64,000 bases of DNA from the human T2T-CHM13v2.0 reference genome, Homo sapiens, in NCBI RefSeq assembly GCF_009914755.1, contig NC_060930.1. The stretch is one strand, 5' to 3'. The notes under the pieces are model-generated. The model ran no database searches, had not been told where the DNA came from, and saw only the letters and a program-made list of their open reading frames with translations. Below, piece by piece: positions 49,719-64,000 of the stretch; positions within the stretch are counted from its first letter, which is position 1, and each line of letters opens with the position of its first letter. The position numbers and the translations under genes were made by a program.

Positions 49719-51920
49719 TGACCTCACGTGATCCGCCCCCTCGGCCTCCCAAAGTGCTGGGATTACGGGCGTGAGCCACCACACCCAGCAAAAAAAAAAA
49801 TTTGTTTTTACTCACCACTATACTGACAAGGAACAGGTGATTTTAAACATCCCCTCCCACCTACATTTTAGCTGGAACAATTCTCCAGAGGCATGGGGGT
49901 AGAGTGGGGTGGTGAGTTCTAGGCAGCAAGTTAACAAATGACCCCTAAAGATATTCATCTAGGCTCTAGGAGGCCCAAAATCAGGCCCTGGCAGTTCCCC
50001 TGACGCAAAACCATGGCAAGAGTTCCGGGAGCACCAAGGCAAGGTCACAAAAGTGGCACGATGACCCTACCCTGGGATGCAGCTCAGCCTGACCCAGCCC
50101 AACTCAACCCAGCTACCCTGGAGGCTGCTATAAGCTGAGCCGGGAGCTGGGAAAGGGCCCAGCATTCCTGTCCTTCTGCCAAAGCCGGCTTCTTAGGACC
50201 CCAGTGTTGTGGCTCCTCCTTTGGTCTTGGTTTCTTTCCCACCAGATTATAACTCCACCAGAGTAGGACTTTATCTATCTTGTGTACTGCTCTATTTTCA
50301 GTGCCTAGAACTGTGCCTGTCAATCAATACAGGCTGCTGAAAAGGCTAGAAATACAGGATCGTTGATGTCATTACTGTTACAGTGCTGTTCCCGTGGGAA
50401 GCAGCCTGCATCTCTCTGTAGACAGCTCCAATGTCAGCCATTGGAGAATTTGATGGAGATTGAAGTCAAAACATAATCATAGGGGAAAAATGCACAACAA
50501 ATAAAATATTTCCCCTTTTGTCCAGACTTTTCAGACACCCCGTATTTACTGGATGAGTTGATCTACAAAGTGAAAGGCATAAATTAAAGGCTCTCTAATG
50601 TTTCTCCTCCTCTGAAACCCCATGATTCAGCAGCGTCTCCCATGTGTGCTCAAAAGTTGGACGTGCCTCCAGCCTACCCTCCAAAGCAGTTGCCATAGGC
50701 TCTTTTCTTCCAAGGTTGGGAGGGACAGTTCATTCCCCAAGAGGCCTCTCCAGGGGCGGAGGCGGGTGCTGGGGCTGGCCTGTCTGCAGCTCCCTGGCCC
50801 TACCCAGTGGGGATCGCGTGTCAGTACTGGGGTTTGGTGGGCTGCCAAGGGGTGAGCCCTGAGGTGGTTTTCTGGGAAGGATAGATGCCATGTGTGACTC
50901 AGAACCAAGTTAGGGAAAAAACAAGCTCACTCAATCTCTAGCACCCTCTGCCTGGCCTGGCTTTGCCCATGAGCTCATAAAAGAGGAAGCTGGGCCGGCC
51001 AGACAGTAGCTCTGCTTTCCCTCATGTTTTCTCTCCACGTCTCACGGATTCCCTAGAGTGTCTGGGCCTCAGGCCACCGTCATCCTAGCTCCTGGGCCCT
51101 GGCTCTTTTATGACACTTTCCCTTCCCAGACACTTGGTCATTTCTTTCCCCAGGTTGGGAATCCCACCTACCATAGAAGGGGAATTGCACACAAGGGGAG
51201 GTTGCAAATCTCTGTGTTCCTTGGCCCTGCTGAGGCCTCCACTGTCAGCCATGACCATTTGGGTTTGTGCGTGTGACTGCTGTGTCTCTGACACAGACCA
51301 AGTGGTGCTGACCCTGGGAGCCTGAATTAATAGATTTCTTGAGAGCTGAGATTCTCTGGTTCAGGAAAGAAAAAGGGGGTACCAAATGACTGGGCAGCCG
51401 AGCCACCCTCAGGGCTGCAATATTCCAGTTGGGACCAACTTACCTAGTACTTTTGGCATTCAGAACAGTTCACTACCAAAAAGGCACATTTTATTTTAGT
51501 GAAAATGGGACAATCATGGGCCATAAAGAACCTTCCTAACTATTGTTCCTCCGGTTCACCTCCTATACCCCCCAGGGCTTTCTTGTTCAAAGACAGACTT
51601 GACCATGTCCATGCCTGCTTCAGTAAGTTCAGTGGCTCCAAACTCTCTGAGTTCCCAACCCAAATCCAGGCACCTTGCAGGCTTTCTCTTTCAACACCCC
51701 CATTGCTTCTTGATGTTGTGCATCTCTAATTTTGTCCTTTTTCTCACACATGCCAAACTCTTACCCATTGGACCCTATAACCGTTCTATTTCTTTTCCTT
51801 TTTCCTCCCTATTCTCCTGGGAAAAAACCACTCCTGAACCTGCCATCCAGAATTAGTTCATCTACATTGTATACAAATCTCTCAAAGCATCACACACACG
51901 ATATTATAGTCATTTGTCTA

Positions 51921-52316
<396 letters not shown>

Positions 52317-52459
52317 TCAAAAAAAAAAAAAATCAGTAAGAAATGTATAAACCAGATATTCTCAACCTATCCCTGTGGGTTGAACTCATCCTATCTCTGA
52401 CCCTGAGCCTTTCACATAAAATTTGGTAGTATTTGGTGATACTGCATTTTGTTTTAAAA

Positions 52460-53548
<1,089 letters not shown>

Positions 53549-54974
53549 TGAGCCCAGGAGTTTGAGATCAGCCTGGGCAGCATGGAGAGACCTCGTCTCT
53601 ACAAAATTAAAAAATTAGCCAGGTGTTGTGGTGCGCGCCTGTGGTCCCAGCTACTCTGGGAGGCTCAGGTCGAAGGATCACTTGAATCCAGGGGTCGAGG
53701 CTGTGGTAAGTCACATTCACACCACTGCACTCCAGCCTGGGAGACAGAGCGAGACCCCATTCTAAAAAAAGAAAAAATAAGGGCTGGGCTCGGTGGCTCA
53801 TGCCTGTAATCCCAGCACTTTGGGAAGCTGAGGCGGGCAGTTCATGAGGTCAGAAGATCGAGACCAGCCTGGCTAACATGGTGAAACCCCGTTTCTACTA
53901 AAAATTCAAAAATTAGCTGAGCGTGGTGGTGCGTGCCTGTAATCCCAGCTACTCAGGAGGCTGAGCCAGGAGAATCGCTTGAACCAGGGAGTCGGAGATT
54001 GCACAGTGAGCCAAGATTGCACCACTGCACTCCAGCCTGGCGAGACTCCGTCTCAAAAAAAAAAAAAAGAAAAAAAAGAATTTGCTATGCTATTTTCCAA
54101 AGTGGTTCATACTGACAGAACTGTTTTAAGGAAGCTGCATCAAAATGTTCCTCTTGTAAATTCTTGCTTAAAATATGCCAAAACTAAGTGTTTTTTTTGT
54201 TATAGAACAGGTTGCCACTCAGATTACCTCAAGGGACAGAGATGGGCTGGAATAGAGCCACCTCAGTGGCCAGTAACCTGCCCCTTGAAGAACCAGCATG
54301 TCTTCCAGAAGCCACAGTGGCTTCCAGTGCCCAGCGGCAGCCCCAGGAGCACACCCTGCCTCCCTGCCCAGACTCCTTGTGGCTCAGCATCTCTGTCTGC
54401 AGTGACTGGCTCTGCCCAGGTCTTGTGGGGTAGTGTGAAGTGACACTAGCCCACACACCTGAGCATGTATGATGCCTCAGAGGCACTGTGTGTTTTTTTT
54501 TTGTTTGTTTGTTTGTTTGAGATGGAGTCTTGCTCTGTCTGTAGCCCAGGCTGGAGTGCAGTGGCGCGATCTTGGCTCACTGCAAGCTCCAACTCCCGGG
54601 TTCATGCCATTCTCTCCCTCAGTCTCCCGAGTAGCTGGGACTACAGGCGCTCACCACCACTCCTGGCTAATTTTTCGTATTTTTAGTAGAGATGGGGTTT
54701 CCCCGTGTTAGCCAAGATGGTCTCGATCTCCTGATCTCGTGATCTGCCCACCTCGGCCTCCCAAAGTGCTAGGATTACAGGCGTGAGCCACCACGCCCGG
54801 CATAGGCACTGTTTTAAGAGCTATACTCAAATCAATTCATTAAGCCTTCATAACCCCAACTGTTATTTTATCTATACACCCATTTTACAGATGAGAAAAA
54901 TGAGGTTCAATGAGGCAATTCACTTTCTTAAGGTTGTGTAACCAAGAAGTAATGGGAGTTAGATGTGAACCTAG

Positions 54975-55289
<315 letters not shown>

Positions 55290-56410
55290 TGAACTCCTGA
55301 CCTCGTGATCTGCCTGCCTCGGCCTCCCAAAGTGCTGGGATTACAGGCATGAGCCACCATGCCTGGCTTGTTTGTTTTTAGAGTCAAGATCTTCCACTAC
55401 AGCTCAGGCTGTAGTGCAGTGGCGCCATCATAGCTCACTATAGCCCCAAACTCCTGGGCTCAAGCAATCCTGCCACTTCAGCTTCCTGAGTTTCTAGGAC
55501 TACAGGCGTGTGCCACCATGCCCAACTAATTAAAAAAAATTTTTTTTTTTTTTTGGTAGAGATAGGGTCTCACTTTGTTGCCCAGGCTGGTCTCAAACTC
55601 TTGGCTTCAAATGATCTTCCTGCCTCAGCCTCCCAAAATGGTGGGATTACAGGTATGAAACACCATGCCTGGACAACTGTATGTTTTAATTCACTTAATT
55701 TTCATGGTACACCTCTGAGAGGAGGGCATGACAACACTCATTATACAGGTGCAGTGACAGCACAGAACTCTGTGAAGCAGGGGAATGACAGAGTTGAGTT
55801 TGGCATCCAGGAAGTTTGTCTCCAGAGACAAAGCTATTGACCTCAACACCTTCCTGCCTCTCAACAATCCTCATTATTAATGTTATTATTCAACCCACTG
55901 ACCTAGCTCTTTTTGTCTTTGGGGTTTTACACTGCTCTGATGTTCATGTCCTTGCTTATGTCTTAAATTGAGACTCTGAATGGGTTGTGTACACACTCCC
56001 CAGGATACAGTAACCTTTTTGGGTATTCTCACCTCTGGCTGCATCACTGGCCTCTTGCCAGCCCTTGAGAACTGCCCCTAGCTCAAGCAAGGATCCTAAT
56101 TTAGTAGATGAGGTCAGGGCCGGAAGATTATCTGCAGGGTGACCTATGCCCAAGGACTTACTCCCAAATACTTTTCTCAAGAGAAGGTGGTGTAACCAGA
56201 AGACACTTTAAGGTCTTGAGGCCATCCCCAAAGATCATTTGTTTCCTCAAACAGATTTTGGGCTTTTTCAGGTGAGAGACTAATCACTGAACCCACTGTC
56301 AGTATTCAGCAGTGTGCCTGATTGATATATACTAGGTACTCAATGGTTTTGACTGAATGATGAATAAATAAATGAATAAATAAAGAAGCCCAGATTCTCT
56401 TAATTTAGGT

Positions 56411-57236
<826 letters not shown>

Positions 57237-58210
57237 GGCTAGATGACAGATAGGGTGGGGGAAGAGAAAATGCTGCATTGGGAAAATGCTTGGTATAGGC
57301 TGACGGCTTTAATCTGCTTTTGACACTTTTAAAAGAGTCAAGATCACTTGTCTCTCATTAGATTGTATCGCACACTGCCCATTCAGAGGTCCAGAAACCA
57401 CTTCTTCTTCAGAAATCTTGTACTGAGAAATGGAAGCCCATTTCTGATCACATACATGACCCATGCTTCTTCAGAAAGGAAGGCATGAAGTTGAAGGGGG
57501 AACTAAGACTGCTGAGTTCTTCTGTCTTCGGCCACAGGAAACTAACTGATTCATGGCACTTTGTACCCATGAGCTCATCTAGTCCTCCCAGGGCACAGGA
57601 AAGTGGTGAAAATAAGTGGCCATGGTTCACAGATTTTTCAGCTGGTAGAGGCTAGTTCCTACACTTAAAACATCAGTAGATTGTCAAATGTGTTCCAACT
57701 AAGAGCAGTGGAAGGCAGAAAGGTGTATAAAATATGGGTCTTAAGAGGTTTATAACCAAGTTAAGGGAAATTAAGAGATCAGCACATAAATATAAGTATA
57801 CAAAACTGTAACTGTATCTGTAGCTATATGTGTGTGTCCATCTATTTATTATCTATCTACCTACTTATCTAATAACATAATTAACTAACATTTATTTGAT
57901 ATCTTAGAGCTTAACAAGTACTTTTCCTCATATGAAGACTCAGCAGATCCCCATGATGAATGTCAAACAAATGGAATGTTGGTACAGAGAGCAAGCATTC
58001 TAGGCATTCGCAGCCGGGTGAGATCACTGTGGATGGAGTGATGGGGGAAAGCTTTTGTTGAGGCAGAACCAGCAGGAATGTGGGGTAGTCACACAAACAC
58101 AGATACAATTCCTGGTTTCCCTACTAGACACTTCCCAGGCTCTCAATTGCTTGTAGTTTTTGTTTGCTTTTTTTTTTTAAGACATGGTCTCACTCTGTGG
58201 CCCAGGCTGG

Positions 58211-58534
58211 AGTGCAGTGCCATGGTGTAATCATGGCTCGGTGCAGTGGTACTATCATGGCTCAGTGCAGTGGTGCGATCATGTCTCAGTGCAGTGGTGC
58301 GATTATGGCTCAGTGCAGTGGTGCGATCATGGCTCAGTGCAGTGGTGCGATCATGGCTCAGTGCAGTGGTGCAATTATGTCTCAGTGCAGTTGTGCGATC
58401 ATGTTTCAGTGCAGTGGTGCGATCATGGCTCAGTGCAGTGGTGTGATCATGGCTCAGTGCAGTGGTGTGATCATGGCTCAGTGTAGTCGTGTGATCATGG
58501 CTCAGTGCAGTGGTGCAGTCATGGCTCAGTGCAG
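58211..58534. repeat. 24-bp minisatellite (~13 copies) inside an AluJ-like element
   Basis: Unit CAGTGCAGTGGTGCGATCATGGCT; appears in the ORF track as the AQCSGAIM repeat. Confidence 0.95.
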
Positions 58535-59204
58535 CCTCAACTGCCAGAGCTCAAGCAGTTCTCCCTCCTCAGCCTCCTGATTTGTTGGGACCATGGGTGT
58601 GTGCCACCACATCTGGCTAATTTTTTGACTATTTGTAGACACAGGGCCTCGCTATGTTGTTCAGGCCGGTCTCAAACTCCTGGGCTCAAGTAATCCTCCT
58701 CGGCTTCCCAAAGTGCTGGGATTACAGGCGGGAGCCACTGCGCTGGGCCCACTGCTAGTAGTTCATTTTACTTTCTAAAAGATAAAATGTTGATGAAGAG
58801 TTCTTAGTGATCCATGTTTTCTCTCCAGTCCTCCACCAAAATAACGCATTTTAAAAAAACAAACTCCCACATATTTTATAGTGATTCTACAAATGTAGAA
58901 TAATTTGGATACTCTTAATACAAAATGGTTTGAGTTACCTTTATTTAATAATCCTGTGATGAGCATACAATGACATACGTCAAATAACTTACAACTCAGG
59001 CTTATATAACATCGGCTCTGCCCCAAATTCCTGCCGTGTAGAACACATAAAAATCCAACCCTGCAGTCTGACCAGTCTTGCCTAGGTTCTCCTTACATAA
59101 TCATAACCACTTCCCTGCCAGGAGCAATTTTAAAATGTTCTTCTAAAGCCCTGTGCACTTCGCCTTGGCTTCCTTTAACTTTTCTTTTCTCTTTTTTTTT
59201 TTGA

Positions 59205-59348
<144 letters not shown>

Positions 59349-59367
59349 TAATTCTGTATTTTTATTA

Positions 59368-59511
<144 letters not shown>

Positions 59512-60343
59512 CTACTTTTCTTCCTTGGCATTTGAATTTCTTTGGCTTCAAGCCACAAAAATGATTGTCCTTAACTTGAACAGAATAGATGAGTCTTGGG
59601 AGGATATTGAATAGCTCACAGAATCAAAGGAAGGCCAGAGAATCAGGCTCAGGAGACAAAGAACCAGGGTAGCTCCAGCGGATGAGGTAGCAGGAATCGA
59701 CGGTGTTGTCCTGGCTACCTGCTGAAATGAGTAAGTGACAAAGGGTTTTTTCCATCCTTTCCATTTTGTTCATCATTCAAAGCCCTAGCAGAGAGAATCT
59801 GATCAGCCTAGTCTAGGTAAAGGCTAGGGGAAAAAGCACACCTTAACCATAGCTCATTAGGAATGCACACAGGTAATTCTCCAAGGAATCCAGTGACTGT
59901 TCTCAGGAGAAGAGAATGCATGCAGGATGGTCAAACCTCAGAAAATATCCACCACATTCGCATTTTCTCTTACCTCCATTTTCTACTTTTTCTAATTATC
60001 CACAACAGGGGTGACTAACATATCTTCCAAGGTTGTGAAAAATATATAGAAAAATAAATCTACCTGTATTGGAATTTTTCCCAGAAAGGATTAATGGTTG
60101 GGAAAGTTTGGCCCTACTTACCCCTCAGTGTTAAATATAAGGATTAAAGAAAATATATGCAAAATGCCTATTACCTTACTTGGCATGTAGCAAGGTTCAT
60201 TAAATGTCAGTCCCATTTCACCCCTTCCCATTCACCCACTGTTGTGCTGAAGCCAGCTCACACCAGTTCATGAGAAGAATCATTATAGTTTCAGGAACTT
60301 TATGAGCCAACTGGCATAACATTGGTAGCTTGAAGTTGGCCTT

Positions 60344-61923
<1,580 letters not shown>

Positions 61924-62877
61924 CCTTGATGGAAGTATTTACACCACAGAAATCGGAAATGTTGCAAGTCAGAACTTTCACCTACCCCCAGCCCTCCACT
62001 GCCTCTGAGAGTTAAACATTTACAGGCCACTGCCACATCTGCTCCTTTCTTTCCTTCACAAATTGTGAGAAGAACCAAGTTAGCATTAGGTTGACCTGTG
62101 AGTGACAAAAACCGAATAGAACAATGGCTTCCTAGATGGAAGTCCATTTCTCTCTGACAGAAACAAAGTCCAGAGCCAGGCAGGCAGCTCGGGGCTGGGA
62201 CAGCTCCGCCTTGCTGCCTCACTGTCTTTGATGCATGGCTCTTTGTGATTTAGGATGACTGCTCAGGCTCCATGTTCAGGCCAAGGGGAAAGAGAAGGAC
62301 AAAGAAATACACACCCCATCCTAGTAGGTCCACAGACAGAAGTAACCCGTAACATTTCTGCTCATTTCAAATAGGTTGGAAGGAAGTCTCTCTGCCACAT
62401 CTGGCTGCCAGGGAGGCTTAGAGCCCTGTTGCTTCCTGCAGGCAGCCATGTGCCCTGCTGGGGGCTGAGAAGGGGAGGACAGGGGCCGGGGGGCAGCTGA
62501 GAAGCCAGGTGGGATTCGAGAACATGTAGGGGAGAGGGAGAACTGGTGTTGGTGTGATGGGAATGAGCATAGTTTGTGGAACTCTGGGGGAGCTGACTGG
62601 AATAGAAAATTAAAAATACTGACAAATGAGGTTAAATAAACAAGGTGGAAGCCAGAGCTCAGTGAGGGACCAGGAAAGCAGACAAAAGAATCTTTATCTG
62701 CTGCCACTAGACACCGGAGGCACTGAACTTTCCAGCAGGGGAGCTACATGATCAGAGGCATTTCAGAAATGTTAATCTCACACTTAAGTGCTAGACAGAT
62801 TGGAGGCAGGAGGAAAAACAGGAAGCAGCAGGGAGGTTGGAAAGGAGAATTATTTCATAAGCCAGGTGTGAGGTGAT

Positions 62878-63951
62878 TATCGGGGAACCTGCCCCATTAG
62901 TCACGTAGGTTCTTTTCTATTTTCCTAAGCATCGGCCAGTTTGAGAAATAAAGGGACAGAGTACAAAAGAGAGAAATTTTAAAGCTGGGCATCCGGGGGA
63001 GACATCACATGTTGGTAGGTTCCGTGATGCCCCGCAAGCCGCAAAACCAGCAAGTTTTTATTAGGGATTTTCAAAAGGGGAGGGAGTGTGTGAATAGGTG
63101 TGGGTCACAGACATCAAGTACTTCACAAGGTAATAGAATATCGAAAGGCAAATGGAGGCAGGGCGGGATCACAGGACCACAGGACCGGGGCGAGATTAAA
63201 ATTGCTAATGAAGTTTCTGGCACAATTGTCATTGATAACATTTTATCAGGAGACAGGGTTTTGAGAGAAACTGGTCTGACCAAAATTTATTAGGCAGGAA
63301 TTTCCTCTTCCTAATAAGCCTGGGAGCGCTATGGGACACTGGGGTCTATTTCACCCCTACAGCCTCGACCATAGAAGATGGCCACGCCCAGGGGGGCCAG
63401 TTCAGAGACCCACCCCCAGGCGTGTATTCTCTTTCCCAGGGATGTTCCTTGCTGAGAAAAAGAATTCAGCAATATTTCTCCCATTTGCTTTTGAAAGAAG
63501 AGAAATATGGCTCTGTTCCGCCCAGCTCACCGGCGGTCAGAGTTTAAGGTTATCTCTCTTGTTCCCTAAACATTGCTGTTATCCTGCTCTTTTTTCAAGG
63601 TGCCCAGATTTCATATTGTTCAAACACATATGCTCTACAATTTGTGCAGTTAATGCAATTATCACAGGGTCCTGAGGCGACATACATCCTCCTTGGCTTA
63701 CGAGATGACAGGATTAAGAGATTAAAGTAAAGACAGTCATAGGAAATCACAAGGGTATTGACTGGGGAAGTGATAAGTGTCCATGAAATCTTCACAATTT
63801 ATGTTTAGAGATTGCAGTAAAGACAGGCATAAGAAATTATAAAAGTATTAATTTGGGGAACTAATAAATGTCCATGAAATCTTCACAATCCACATTCTTC
63901 TGCCATGGCTTCAGCTGGTCCCTCCGTTTGGGGTCCCTGACTTCCTGAACA
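62878..63951 (-). mobile_element. MER11 (HERV-K11/HML-8) solo LTR, ~1074 bp
   Basis: Minus-strand start TGTTCAGGAAGTCAGGGACCCCAAACGGAGGGACC..., internal duplicated GATTTCATGGACA block, end ...GGTTCCCCGATA; TSD GTGAT on both sides. Confidence 0.9.
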
Positions 63952-64000
63952 GTGATTACATGGGGACAATGGGAATGAGGAGGAAGAATGAGAGGCATTT

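Noticed and set aside
58164-58580. Cys-rich repeat protein (AQCSGAIM)n or CRISPR-like array
   Set aside because: Alu-derived head-to-tail minisatellite with no spacers and no promoter or splice support; eukaryotic context.

Overview
Human-type genomic DNA from the MHC class I region (6p21.33), identified from the encoded proteins and their order. It contains MDC1 (- strand; coding exons 2-14 present, last exon lies left of the window), TUBB (class I beta-tubulin, + strand, complete, 444 aa), FLOT1 (- strand, complete, 427 aa) and IER3 (- strand, complete, 156 aa). About 21 kb of gene-free, Alu/L1/LTR/DNA-transposon-rich sequence follows, ending in a full-length MER11 solo LTR. All exon boundaries were read by hand (GT-AG, phases consistent). 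This is a well-studied locus and I found no credible new protein-coding system; nearly all extra ORFs in the track are Alu-, repeat- or GC-derived. The most unusual items are structural: a ~118-bp inverted templated insertion of neighbouring L1 sequence inside the Alu just upstream of IER3, a 24-bp minisatellite born inside an Alu, a higher-order (AT)n array, a Y1-RNA retrocopy split by an Alu, a TE-derived proximal TUBB poly(A) signal, a Roquin-type stem-loop abutting the IER3 poly(A) signal, and a possible stop-less FLOT1 exon 9-12 circle. Repeat family names are from memory of consensus sequences and need RepeatMasker/Dfam confirmation.
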